Below the pieces are notes generated by a model. The model did no database searches. It saw only the letters and a list, made by a program, of their open reading frames with translations, and had not been told where the DNA came from. A stretch of DNA of 63,690 bases, counting the filler, from Asterionella formosa (lineage: Eukaryota): assembly GCA_002256025.1 (NCBI GenBank). It is 15 parts of 15 records of this genome, joined end to end, with 100 filler letters (N's around TTAATTAATTAA, not from the genome) between each part and the next. Parts side by side here need not be neighbours in the genome. Positions count along the whole stretch, not along the records: positions 33,473 to 50,088 come from NKIB01004797.1; positions 50,189 to 51,223 come from NKIB01004798.1; 13 more parts are not named here. One strand, written 5' to 3'. Positions 38,298-50,224 of this stretch are shown here, piece after piece. The position numbers were made by a program, and so were the translations under genes. The first letter of the stretch is position 1; each line of letters begins with the position of its first letter.

Positions 38298-39196
38298 CAC
38301 TTTTTGCATAAAAGTGTCCGAAAATGAATAATGAGTTAGTCAGGGGAACTCGGGATTACTTTTTTGCCTAAATTTGTAGCAAATCAATATTAATTTCTAT
38401 CAATGATAGAAACTTTTCCTGACTAATTTTTCAATGACTCTTTTTACTTAGTAAATTGAAAATCGAAAAATAAAAATAAATTTTGTACTACTGTATAAAC
38501 TGTCAAGAAATCGGATGCATAAGGTATCAGATGTACTTATATTTTCGACATCGAACACATCATAAACAATACAACAAACCTCGTATATACTTTGTACATT
38601 CCATAATTATGTAATAAATAGTATGTATGCTTGGCATACATACTACTGGGTAACACCAGTACTTGCATGTGTACGAATATTGACAATGAACAATTCATAT
38701 TTTGCAAGTGTATGTAGACTAACATATACAAGATTATCGTTCAATAATATAATTTTTTGCACTACTAGTATTGACAACAAAGTGTTGAAATCACCGCTGG
38801 AAGTTGATTTTGGTTGTCATTTGCTCAATTTTGAAGATACGAACAAAACGAGACATCGTTGAGTCCATGGTGATATCTTGATAACTTCTATTTTTATAAT
38901 TATTTCTATAGAAAACTTGAGCAATAGAAATCTCGGAGAGAGCACAACATCTCAAGGTGCAAAAAATTACCTCTACATCAATTTTGTAGTGAGTTTCATG
39001 TAAGCACTAATTGTCATGGTTCATATTTCTATCGAATCTTGATAAGGTCATTTTAAAGTTTACTATTTACATACAAAAAGACATATAACAATACAGTGCA
39101 CGTTCTTTACGCGAATAAAAAAATTGCATTGTGGAAATCACGAAATCCCCTGACTGACGGTTTTATGCATTTTCGGACACTTTCATGCAAAAAATG
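38298..39196. mobile_element. ~900-bp non-autonomous DNA transposon with ~60-bp TIRs and TA TSD (Tc1/mariner-like)
   Basis: ta|cactttttgcataaaagtgtccgaaaatg...tcagggg versus cccctga...cattttcggacactttcatgcaaaaaatg|ta. Confidence 0.75.
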
Positions 39197-39714
39197 TATT
39201 TTTTCATCAAGGTTCATAGAAGTAAGTGATCCCAAGGTTGGATTTTCGGAAAGGGTTTCAAATAATCTGTCTACAATGATGGTAAGTGCCCTGGCGTACT
39301 TGCTTGTGTTTTGCGTAAATTTTCTAATAGCATTTGTTTGTTTGGTAGAACCAAAAAATCATTGGTGGATCGACTCGCATTGGCATAGTGTTCAGCAGTT
39401 GCGTATGATGCTGGAATCCGGGAATAATGGTGGCAAGCTTTAGCTCCAGCATAAGGAACATCGATGGCAGCAGTTGATGTGTAGTACATCGAATCAGAAT
39501 CGCTACTGGCGCAATCAGAATCACGACAACAATCAACAGAGCAATCTTGACCATGACGAAATTATTGGACTCTATATTTCCACTGATATTCTTGACAGTG
39601 AACTATTGTTTTTTCGTAAATTTATCTATTCTAACAAAGACAAAATAATCGTGCTATAATAATAAAACTTGCACTAATTTTAACAACTAAAATTTGAAAT
39701 TGCCTCTAGAACCT

Positions 39715-39990
39715 GTTTTCATCGTCGTTTGCTCAGTTTTGAGGATACGAACAAAAACGATACATCGTTGAGTCCGTGATGACTAGCTTAATAACTCTTA
39801 ATAGATAATTATTTCTATCTAATGTACAAATAGATGAGAAAAATTGAGCAAAACAAATCTCGGAGAGGGCACAGCATCTCAACATGCAAGAAAATACCTC
39901 AAGGTATCATTATGTCCTGACTATCACGCATACTAATTGTAGTGGTTTCTTTTTATGGAATCTTAATAAGGTCATTTTACAGTTTAATAT
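39715..39990 (+). repeat. Diverged direct copy of the internal segment 38815-39065
   Basis: Shared tttgctca.ttttga.gatacgaacaaaa...catcgttgagtcc...aaatctcggagag...taaggtcatttta. Confidence 0.75.
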
Positions 39991-40304
39991 AGTCATAAAT
40001 GTTTTCAATGCTTGTTCTTTATGCGACTAGAACAATTGGGACAACCCTGCATACCGGTATTTTTATTACCAGTATTTTTTATGTACATAGCTATGCCCAG
40101 TAGATACCAGTATGTTTCCGTGTATGAGTACCAATATTTATATTTCCTACATATATAACGGTTATATAAATTGTTGGTAGGTACTTAGTCTATTCGTATC
40201 CTTTTGTTGGCCAGGTGCTTCTCACCACATGCACATACAGTTACCTGGTATACTCTGGAAGGTCTGGTAGCGCACGTTTTATGCGCGCCTTTTCAGTTTC
40301 GACA

Positions 40305-40462
40305 CACTCCCAATGGATCGTCTCATGCCTGCCGGACGAGATAGACTGTCTTTTCATTCCAAACTCTCATAAGTAACATTCTTCACTCCCAATGGATTGT
40401 ATCATGCCTGTCGGAAAAAATAGACTGGCTTTTCATTCCAAATTCTCTTAAGAAACGTTCTT
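40305..40462 (+). repeat. Two tandem copies of ~79 bp
   Basis: cactcccaatggat.gt.tcatgcctg.cgga...tagactg.cttttcattccaaa.tctc occurs twice. Confidence 0.8.
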
Positions 40463-40599
40463 AATGTTAAATTATCCTTCATTAAATCCAAGTTGTGTTA
40501 TGATCATAAAAAGCATGTGCAGCTACTACTACTGGTAATGCTATTCAGCAACTGGATGACAGTTTGCTAATGAAATTCACCAATCCAAAAAAATCAGTA

Positions 40600-40685
40600 A
40601 CTTCTAGTCGTAGTCAGCAGTTTCTAGTCATAGTCAGCATAATCTCGTCGCTGTCAGCAAATTCTAGTCGTTTTCAGCAGGTTTC
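40600..40685 (+). repeat. Minisatellite with ~20-bp unit ttctagtcgtagtcagcag, about 4 copies
   Basis: Directly visible. Confidence 0.75.
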
Positions 40686-41633
40686 TATGTAGTCACATGT
40701 AGTTGCCAGCTGGATAAGCAATCATAAACAAAAGAGTCATTTTGAAAATGTCAATGAAGTATTAATAGATATTATTATTCAAATAAAGAATCAAACAAAA
40801 TTTGGTTCGAACTGTGAAAGTGTCGAATCTGTTTGTTACTTCGTTGTTTTGAATTGTGCATCATCTAAACTACATCTGTAAATTAAAAAACCATTATTCC
40901 TAACAGTTTTGCTCTATGACCCATTGCCCCAAAATATCGCAGTATGACATATCATTTTTTGATTGATCATACAGAAAAACTCATTGATCAATCACCTTTT
41001 TTGCGATTGATCATAAACATATATATGATAGGTCACAAACATGTTATAAAATATGATACACAAAAAGTTATTGATCAACCACCTTTTTTGTGATTGATCA
41101 TAAACATAAAATCTTATTGATCACATACATATTCTCATATTCTCAATTAGATTTTTTATGTTGCATTAATAAGTGAACTGTCTCTATTATACATTGATTA
41201 TATGGTTATATCAATTGCTACTATAACTCGATTGAAGTGATGATTCTATTATGCTTCTGTTACGCTTTAACTAGTAATCTGCTATGCGGTCTACACAAAT
41301 ACACGATTTGTACTTAGGATTACGGCTGACGATCAATGTACTGTAATAAAATTAATTTCGGAACCGGGATTTTGCACGACTGGCCGGGATATTAATAATA
41401 TGAGGTAGGTGTACAATGCACAGGGATGCAAGCTGGAGGACGATATTGAAGTAAGTGCCCTCACGAAATATTATGTACCATAAGAAAAGTTACACCGAAC
41501 CTCCAGAGCTTGTACACTAATCTATGTGACATTGCCCCACCACAGATGGACGATGAATGACGTTGTATAAGTTGAAGTGAGAACAATCGAACGAGATGAC
41601 GATCGACGTGCATATGTCACAGAACACGTACTC

Positions 41634-41865
41634 TGGTACCCACTAGTTGAAACGTGAAATCAATATGGTGCAACAATTGCGTCAGAAGTCCCACCAGTAG
41701 TGATTTAGATGCACCACGAAACGAAATAAACAATCATGAAAGCAGCCTTGTCCACAGAAAGGAAAATGGTACCCACTAGTAGAAATGTAAAATCAAGATA
41801 GTGAAACAGTTGTGTCAGAAGTCCCACCAGTAGTTATTTAGATGCACCACGAAACGAAATAGACA
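41634..41865 (+). repeat. Tandem duplication with ~133-bp period
   Basis: tggtacccactagt.gaaa...gtcagaagtcccaccagtagt.atttagatgcaccacgaaacgaaata occurs twice. Confidence 0.85.
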
Positions 41866-43362
41866 ATGGTAATAGGAATTTCACAATATTTCTTTTCCTT
41901 CTGTGACTGAATAACTCGTTTCAACAGCAACAATAGACAAAATAGCTGATGATTGACTTGGAGGTCAATGTCAAGGAGTTATCAGGATTCAATAGATTGC
42001 AAGTAATTGAAGATTAAGACGAAGTACGCGCAAGCTGACAAATTGAAAAGTTGAATTTTAATCGAATTGTGAGAGAATAGCTTGAGCTCATAACCTCTGA
42101 CGAAGGAGGGAATGAGGGAGATCAACAAGGTCGATGAACAAGGAGACAAGAGCAGAGGAGAGTCCGATAACTTACCTGACAAGCTCAAAAGGAGATTGGA
42201 AGGTGTATCTAACCTGGAAAGCTCAAAAGGAGATTGGAAGGTGTGTTTGTTAAAAGAGTGATTAGATTAAGCTTACATAGAAGGAAAATAATTAGGTAAG
42301 ATAGGTACTGTCAGAAAAACAGACATATATTGACATGTCCTAGAGAGAGTTGACACGTCATAGACAGAGGTGATTCATAACAACAATTGCTTCTCAAAAA
42401 TGCGGACAACTTCAGATCAAAAGCAACGTGCTTAATCACTAAGCCATTCCATATGTTCTACACATTTATACAATGAGCAAATCAAATACAAAAATTCCCC
42501 ATTCTTACCATTATGACCAAGGAAAATGACTATTAATATTGAATTTACTATGACTGCTGAACAGTTTTATTGATTGCATAGAATACAAGTGTCGTTTGAT
42601 AGTGGTGCAATGGCAGAAACAACTATTGATGTAGGTTTGATATTCATTGCAAAATAGCTAAATTAGAAAATCAAAGGAAACAAAATGGTGCTTAACCACA
42701 GGGACAATATAATATCTTTATGATTTATTGCCATATCAAAACCCGAATTGTTCATACACAACAATTGTATGTAGATCAAGAAGCCATTAATAACAACATC
42801 ATTGGTTGAAAACAATCATCATTTATCTGTTTACAATAGGCATATCATTATTGTCATGACATTGATACTGGTAGAAAATGTTCCAGGCACATCCATGTAC
42901 ATTTATCTTTTATACATCATATCAATGATAGAACTAGGTATACCCCTAACATTTATGTATTGTCATTGCACATGTACAGTCATTATTAGTTATTGGTAAA
43001 CTTATTCTATCTGTTTGTGCCACTTACCCTGACAGAATCTGCTTACTCCAGAAAAAAATCATTCTTACTCAATTGGGGGAATGAGTTTCATTCACCCTAA
43101 AATAGTTCCAGTCAAACAAGGTTCCAGCAGAAAATTATTCAAAACAACAAGGTGCTGTAGTCTATATCCTTGGATAATATATTCCAGTATGTATACAGCG
43201 GATACTGGTAAACTAAATAGTAAATAGAAATCGTATAAATAAATTGATGTATGACAAAAGTGTCACCACATGACTTTTTTGAAAGCGCGGTTCATTCCGC
43301 AACAGATATACAACGGACTGAAAATGCCTGCAAAGCCACAACATTGAAGGATAGGGCGCGGC

Positions 43363-46152
43363 TTACAATAATTGCGAAAGAGTCCCAGGAGACTGGGCTT
43401 TGCTTGAAGGAGAAGGAGCCTTGCTCGAAGGAGTCTTGCTTGAAGGAGAAGGAGCCTTGCTCGAAGGAGTCTTGCTTGAAGGAGAAGGAGCCTTGCTCGA
43501 AGGAGTCTTGCTTGAAGGAGATGGAGCCTTGCTTGAAGGAGAAGGAGCCTTGCTCGAAGGAGTCTTGCTTGAAGGAGAAGGAGCCTTGCTTTTGCTGGAA
43601 CTGGGTGCTTTGCTGGACTTACTCTTGGGCGCTTTGGTTGGGGAAGTGGGGGGAACAGGGAATCCGGCAGTGAAGTTGAAAAAGTCCGTGTCACGACACA
43701 ATTCGTTCGTGGGGATTGTAGATGCTACGACTGTAGTAATAGAAGTGTACGTCTTTCTAATAGTAAGGTCAATGACAACGCTTTCGGAAACGACGAAAGT
43801 TTCTGCAGGTTGCACAACCTCACCCAACACTTGATCAGTAAAGTTATAAACACCGAAGTTGGTGACACTGACAAGACTCTCAAGTGAAGCATTCACTAGA
43901 CCAGTATTCGTGATGTAGAAGTTGAATGTCGCATTAAAAAAGCTTGATACAACCCCCTGTTGGTCGTTGACAAAGATAATCAATTGGTAACTTCCGAACC
44001 TATCACCCAAGAAAAGCTTTTGGGAGCAAGAGCTGTGATAAATGAGTGTTTGAAGGATATTTGAAGGGTTGGTGTCATTGGAGGCGTATGTAGTAATGTT
44101 CATGTTTGCCAGAATCTTGTTTCCCTTATCTGATACAGCTATTTCGCTTCCAACTGCAGCGTAACCGTTGTAATATTGGATGCCTTCTCCTTTAGTGTCA
44201 GTAATCACAACATACGCCATATCTCCGTCAACAGTTGGTGGACCACCATTGAAGTCGAAGCACTGGTAAAACGTCGGAGGCTGAACGTTAAAACCATTGG
44301 TACAGTCTCCACCATTGAAGCGGAATACCATCTTTGTGGGTCGCTGTAGGCATTGAGTAACAGGGGGTTGGGCATCATCACATGTTAGTTGAGTTGGTGG
44401 TAGAGATCCTTTGCTGGAAGGCATTTTGCTCTTGTTCTTGCTCTTGTTAGGCATTGGCGTCCCCTTGGGCGCTTTGCTTGTCTTGGCAGGCAACGCACTG
44501 ACTTGCAGTGATCTAGTTCTCACTTCTGTAAGGGAGGGAGCCTTGGACGTAGGGGTGCCCTTACCAGAAGGGGAAGGAGCCTTGGATGTTGGGCTTGATG
44601 GTGCTTTTGATTGCTTACTGGAAGGGGAAGGAGCCTTGGACGTAGGGCTGCCCTTACCAGAAGGAGAAGGAGCCTTGGAGGTAGGACTGGAGGGTGCCTT
44701 CGATTTTTTACTTTGAGGAGCCGTGGATGGTTTCTTTGAGGTTGGGGCTTTCGATTTGTTTTTTGGGACAGGCGCGAAAGTTGGAACATTGATTTCCTCT
44801 GGAATGCACTCAACATCTAAACTGATTTCGCACACAGGAGTAGGAGCTATAGTTGGAGGCGTTGTCTCCGCAGGTGTCAATACAAAACTGTACTCAGCGC
44901 TGGCATTGCACGGATTACCTTCATTCGTTTCGGCGGCAACGGTAGCAGTGACGGAATAGTCTTTTGGAACACATCGCTCGATAGTTACATTCTCGAAAGC
45001 GGAGAATGATTCCATGGGCGTTAGCAACAACTCGCTGGTCGAAATGCTGGAAATCAAATTTCGGGTTTCGCCTTCTACTACACGATCAAGATCTGTGATG
45101 GTGAGGTTATTTTGCCCAATATTTGTTACCACGTATTCATATGTCACGTCAACAAAGCAGTCGCTCTCGCCTTCGCCGTTCGTAAACGAAGAGAATTTAA
45201 ACGCTCCGAATGAACTCAACAATGTTAGTCCTTCGCCGGTACACGACGAATCAATGGTGACCATCTGGGCATCAGTGATGCCATCTTTTTTTACAATGAA
45301 CATAAGCTGACTTGGAAGAGATGCACCGCTGTTTGTGACACAGATTTCCTGGCCAGTTACGTACGAACCAGCTTTTAGTGTGTTGTTACCATCAGTAATA
45401 GTTACGATAGCGCTGGTCATTGGACCATCATTCATGTCAGTGCAGCTTAGTAATCCTGTTGAGCCAGGTACGTCGCAAAGGTCAGCAGTGTAGAAAAAGC
45501 AGAGATCAGTTGGACTGGAGCCAACACATTGAAGGACCTCTTCGCCTACTAAATCTTTACATTCCATTCCATCCGCGGTGGTGCACTGGATGACAAGATC
45601 AACATCACAAATCCCAAGGGGGGTAGGAGGAAGTGTCGGAGGTGGGGTAGGAGAAGTTGTTGGAGGAGGAGTTGGAGGTGGCGTAGGAGGCGGTGTTGGA
45701 GGAAGGGTAGGGGGCGGTGTTGGAGGAAGGGTAGGAGGCGGTGTTGGAGGAAGGGTAGGAGGCAGTGTTGGAGGTGGCGTAGGGGACAGTGTTGGAGGAA
45801 GGGTCGGAGGCAGTGTCGGAGGTGGCGTAGGGGACAGTGTCGGAGGGGGTGTTGGAGGTGGGGTAGGGGGCAGTGTCGGGGGTGGTGTTGGAGGTGGGGT
45901 AGGGGGATGTGGGGGAGGGGGTGTTGGAGGTGGGGTTGGCGGATTGGTTATTGATAACGACCCGTAATCCGCGAGGAACCGAGACCAATAGGCTTTATCA
46001 TCCTTGAAAACAGCTCCAGTTTCCACCTTCGTGGTTTTGTCAGCAAATCCAGTCTTTCCTGCACCGGCATTTTCTTCCTTGTCAGCAACAACATCATGTG
46101 CAGAAAGGAAAACAATGGTTGCCGCAAAAGCTAGACCACATGCGAATTTCAT
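43363..46152 (-). CDS. 929-aa secreted modular protein: signal peptide, (PPT)n stalk, Cys-rich domains, Lys/Ser/Pro (SKAPS) repeats; candidate cell-wall/adhesive protein
   Basis: Single ORF MKFACGLAFAATIVFLSAH...; PPTP repeats; two Cys-containing domains (the second has FRFNGGDC...GGPP...HSSCSQKLFLGDRFGS); KxxK-rich blocks; RSL motif. Confidence 0.9.
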   Translation of the reverse strand: MKFACGLAFAATIVFLSAHDVVADKEENAGAGKTGFADKTTKVETGAVFKDDKAYWSRFLADYGSLSITNPPTPPPTPPPPHPPTPPPTPPPTLPPTPPPTPPPTLSPTPPPTLPPTLPPTLSPTPPPTLPPTLPPTPPPTLPPTPPPTLPPTPPPTPPPTPPPTTSPTPPPTLPPTPLGICDVDLVIQCTTADGMECKDLVGEEVLQCVGSSPTDLCFFYTADLCDVPGSTGLLSCTDMNDGPMTSAIVTITDGNNTLKAGSYVTGQEICVTNSGASLPSQLMFIVKKDGITDAQMVTIDSSCTGEGLTLLSSFGAFKFSSFTNGEGESDCFVDVTYEYVVTNIGQNNLTITDLDRVVEGETRNLISSISTSELLLTPMESFSAFENVTIERCVPKDYSVTATVAAETNEGNPCNASAEYSFVLTPAETTPPTIAPTPVCEISLDVECIPEEINVPTFAPVPKNKSKAPTSKKPSTAPQSKKSKAPSSPTSKAPSPSGKGSPTSKAPSPSSKQSKAPSSPTSKAPSPSGKGTPTSKAPSLTEVRTRSLQVSALPAKTSKAPKGTPMPNKSKNKSKMPSSKGSLPPTQLTCDDAQPPVTQCLQRPTKMVFRFNGGDCTNGFNVQPPTFYQCFDFNGGPPTVDGDMAYVVITDTKGEGIQYYNGYAAVGSEIAVSDKGNKILANMNITTYASNDTNPSNILQTLIYHSSCSQKLFLGDRFGSYQLIIFVNDQQGVVSSFFNATFNFYITNTGLVNASLESLVSVTNFGVYNFTDQVLGEVVQPAETFVVSESVVIDLTIRKTYTSITTVVASTIPTNELCRDTDFFNFTAGFPVPPTSPTKAPKSKSSKAPSSSKSKAPSPSSKTPSSKAPSPSSKAPSPSSKTPSSKAPSPSSKTPSSKAPSPSSKTPSSKAPSPSSKAQSPGTLSQLL

Positions 46153-46933
46153 GATAGACGATGATCAAATGCGAAGAACCGTGCAAGGATAAATGTTTGA
46201 CTAACTAACAATGCTCAACGAAATTTCTCAGCCTCTATTATTATTAGGACTCGAGGGACGAAGGAAAGATAAGGAAGAGGAGAAATTATGGTGTGAAGAG
46301 TTATATATGTGCACTGGTATGTAAGCGAAGAAATAAAATATATCACGCTTTCCCGTGATGCGTACTTTTCAAACTGCCATTAAAATGATGGTTTCAAGCA
46401 TTGATGGTATTCTAATCTGGATATCAAATATATCCCAGGTCAGCTTGTATACAACGTCTCTCTGGGATAAAAAGAATTAAACATTAAATAATACCCATGG
46501 TTGAATGAGTTTAGAATAGTTGAGGCGCCCGGCTATCCAACTGTATCAATAGTGTTACCGGTGTCATCATCACGGACCACCTTCAGGAGCATGGACGAGC
46601 CGCGCCTGCATGGTTTTGGCACGCCATGAGCAGAAAAGGTTGCCAGGCTCTCGGTTGCCGTTGTCGACCAAATCAAACGAATTTGAATTGATAAAAAGCG
46701 CATGCAACCATGAAATATCAATTTGGCATACATAGCAGATAACGGGAACGTATGTAATCGCTCGTGGTAAAGATTGAACTCCTTGATAACCGGTACATAC
46801 CGGTACTTTTGTCGGATTAGGTATGTGCTAGCAGTAACTAATAGCTGGTACACTACCAGGTACCAGGTACTGGTACCTCGTACCTTCACTACTGTCTACT
46901 GCGCACAAAGCTCGAGACAATACCGTCAGGCAG

Positions 46934-47366
46934 GAAGGTGCAGTGATTGCGCAATCTGCGCGCGCTTCTTTCGTTTTAGCCCGCCTGCAGGGCTTTGAAA
47001 CTACGACTGACCGTTGGAGTCGGCTGACTTTCTAGCCGACGGTTTTTCATTAAGTAAATCCAAGTTCTAACCGTAATTATGAAAATAACTGCTAAACCGA
47101 GCCAACTTTCAGTGAGTTAATTTTTTAGCGATGAGCAATGAGTAAACGCTATGAGCGATTAGCAAAAATTTCGTGTACTATGGTGAGCAAATTGGAGGGT
47201 CTATTAGGGAGGGAACGCCAAATCACTAAGTACGGTTATAATTTGAATTTACTTAAAAAGAACATGGATAGGAAGCCAGCCGACTCCAATGGCTGGTCGT
47301 AGTTGCAAGGCCCTGCAGGCGGGCTGAACCAAAAAAGCGCGCAGTCGGCGCAATTACCGAACCTTC
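46934..47366. mobile_element. 433-bp MITE with ~100-bp TIRs and TSD CAG (PIF/Harbinger-like by its 3-bp TSD)
   Basis: cag|gaaggtg...gcccgcctgcagggc...ttggagtcggctg versus cagccgactccaa...gccctgcaggcgggc...accttc|cag. Confidence 0.85.
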
Positions 47367-49474
47367 CAGGAGGGTAGCTGGTACCAGCAACTTGCGGTAA
47401 TTATTCCCAAAACCGATAAATATTTCCTGACTTGGCAGCCGTTAAGAAATCAAAGTGTGAAACTTCGACCAGCTCGCGCCCGCAGGCCGTATAAAGGCAA
47501 CTGGACAAAATTTGATAAATTCAGATAATTAGGGACAAAACAGGTTCTGATGAATGGTAATTTTGGGTTAAAGCAGCATTTAGAGACTATATTAGTTTAA
47601 GCAAATAGACTCTACTTTAAGCAAAACTACTTTAAGCAAAATGTTCCTTAAACTAAACAAAGCTGCCTTGTACATCATTATGGAAGGAAATTGAGTTACC
47701 GGTAACCCAGGTACCGGGACACTTCTGTCAGCACATGCATGGCTTCTTGCCAAGTAGTATCAACCCGGTTTCATATGTAGTGGTATCTGGTACATAGGAA
47801 TGGGCTGGTGCACATTGCTTACTACAACTACAGGGCATTACCGGCAGTTTTGATGACATCATACACCGGAGCAAATACTTCACATTTACTGGATTCTACA
47901 TGGACTATATACAAATTGCCCATTTGCAATCAATCAATTCTCAGTAGATAATAGCCTTATTTCACATCTTTTGATTCGATTATTCATGTTAATCCTGTAG
48001 TCGTAGTCTTATTTGTTGTGTAGCTAGCTACTGTAAAAGTGTTGTATCTGCTCATAGCATTGTCGTTTAAGGTTGCGGCCCGGCTTAACCCTAGTTTAAA
48101 GAAAATATCCCTAGGGTTGTAAAGACGGCGTGGAACAGGGAGTTTCCTACTATGAATTCCCATGATTTGAGTGTCCATTTGAATATTTGAATTAAATAGG
48201 AATTGGCGCCAGATTGATAGAGTTCCATTTTAAACAAACAAAAATGATATTTCAACATTTATACTATATCTATGCTGCTGCATGTAGACATGATTTCACT
48301 AAAACCAAAACACATATCTACATCAGGAGTATGCCAACATGTATGCTCATGGTTAGTGTTTATACATTTATATTGAATCTACGTTGCTGTCTGTAGTTTA
48401 AATATCACTCCACGCACAAGGGATATACCGGTATTTATATAAATCAGTGCCAGAGTACCGTTGCAGAATACCGGTATAGCGGTAGTAGTACATAATCTTG
48501 GTTCATGATGATGGAAGACAGTTGACACTAGTACCGCTACTGATTTTACCTACCGAACTACCAGTACTACTGGTTACTGGTAGTACTGATTTTACTTACC
48601 GGTACACAGTAAATCTAATACGTGTGGTTCAACAAGTGTGGCTGGCGTGATTTTACAAGACCGGAATACTTCAGTCAATCTGGAGCAGGTGAGTAAATTC
48701 AATTCAACCAATCAGAATATGTGTAGTGATGCGGGAACTTACCCTCATGTAGTCTTTTCGGACTGAGAATATGCAGCAAAAAATACCTACGCAAGACTCC
48801 TATGTCTATGAACGTTTTCGCAAGTACAAATTCCGATTCCAATATAGTGGCGACTGTTGAAAAATCCGATCGGGTCGAATTTTTGGAGGAGGATTGCTCT
48901 ACATCTACAGGGTTTCATGCCCACAACCTTAAAAGATTGCGAATCTCTGAATTAGATGGAAAAAATGTGCCATCGGCGACTTCAATTTTTGTTTTCAACA
49001 TTAGTGCTTTATTCTTTTACGATTGTATTATCTATCTTTTGCTTGATATAGTATGTATCAAAAAGGAAAGCATTGTTCTCATTGCAGCAACATGATGATG
49101 AAGGATTCTCCAGCCGCTTGCAACAACACAACTACTAGTACACTATAACGTATTATCTATACAAACGAATAGCAGTATTTCAGCTAAATAATTATATTCC
49201 AGAGCCTGTGCACATCGTACCATGTACTTCTTTGTGCATGAATCGAGCCACATGTATAATAAATAAAGACGATTGTCTTTAGCTATGCAATCCATAGGCA
49301 GACATTGTTCATTTCATCTTACCTGCTACCTGGTACCAGCAGGTAACGGTTTATGTTTACCGGTGCGTATTCAATATCATAGTTGGCTGAAGTATGAATA
49401 CGTAGGTTGTAGGTGATTGTGATGGCAGCAGTGTTGAGATGATGATGTCACAATAAGCAAAATCGCTACGCACT

Positions 49475-49700
49475 TTAAGATTGCTGCATTTCAAGCAATC
49501 CTATGGCAAAAATTAAAATATTGCTTAGGGTTGCCGAAATTCCCTGGAAGTAGGAACGTTAATGAAATAAATATGAATCACCATGATTCCGTTTGAATAT
49601 TTAAATCATAGGAAATTTTCATGTACGTTTGTAGATTCCTTCTCGAATTTACTAAATATAGACAAATACATTCTAAATTGCTGTATGTATGTATACTCTA
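49475..49700 (+). repeat. Dispersed ~230-bp repeat; copies at 56387-56610 and, more diverged, 48066-48205
   Basis: Shared ttaag.ttgctgc...ggcaaaaatt.aaatattgcttagggttgcc...ttccctggaa...tagattcctt.tcgaatt. Confidence 0.75.
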
Positions 49701-49961
49701 GTATACTCGTCCAATAAACAACCATGCGTTATATGACCCGGCAGCAGCTTAGCAAATATTTGAATGTGCATTCTAGGCAGTATCTACTGGTACGTATACA
49801 ATCAATGACGATCAGCTACCGTTACTGGATACAGTACCGGTAGACACCCGAGAAAATATTACGAGTGTATCCAGTATGGCCACTGTGGGTTTGCAAGAGC
49901 TCGCAAACCGGGCCAATCAAATTGTGGTAAATAATTCAATTTGATCAATCGAAATATATAT

Positions 49962-50088
49962 CATCTAAGACGCGAAATACGCCACTTTTCGAAATTTCGT
50001 CTACGTATGAGTGTTAATTATGTGGTACTTCACATGCATTAATGCCACTCTTCACGTAAAAAAGATTACTTTTAACGGTTTCATGTGA
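49962..50088. mobile_element. End 'A' of the CATCTAAGACGC element (opposite orientation to 1-468), running into a gap
   Basis: Near-perfect reverse complement of about 342-468. Confidence 0.75.
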
Positions 50089-50224
50089 NNNNNNNNNNNN
50101 NNNNNNNNNNNNNNNNNNNNNNNNNNNNNNNNTTAATTAATTAANNNNNNNNNNNNNNNNNNNNNNNNNNNNNNNNNNNNNNNNNNNNAGCAACAATGCT
50201 ATGATTTTAATAATATACATATAT

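Noticed and set aside
40300..42250. Short direct repeats with spacer-like gaps (CRISPR-like?)
   Set aside because: Only 2-4 degenerate tandem copies, no unique spacers, no cas genes, eukaryotic context.
41969..42355. Possible solo LTR (TGTCAA...TTGACA)
   Set aside because: No matching TSD and no second copy in the window.
43251..45988. Repetitive ORFs (CLKEKEPCSKES, LLLQARLLRAR, GGGV repeats)
   Set aside because: Shadow frames of the real 929-aa minus-strand gene.
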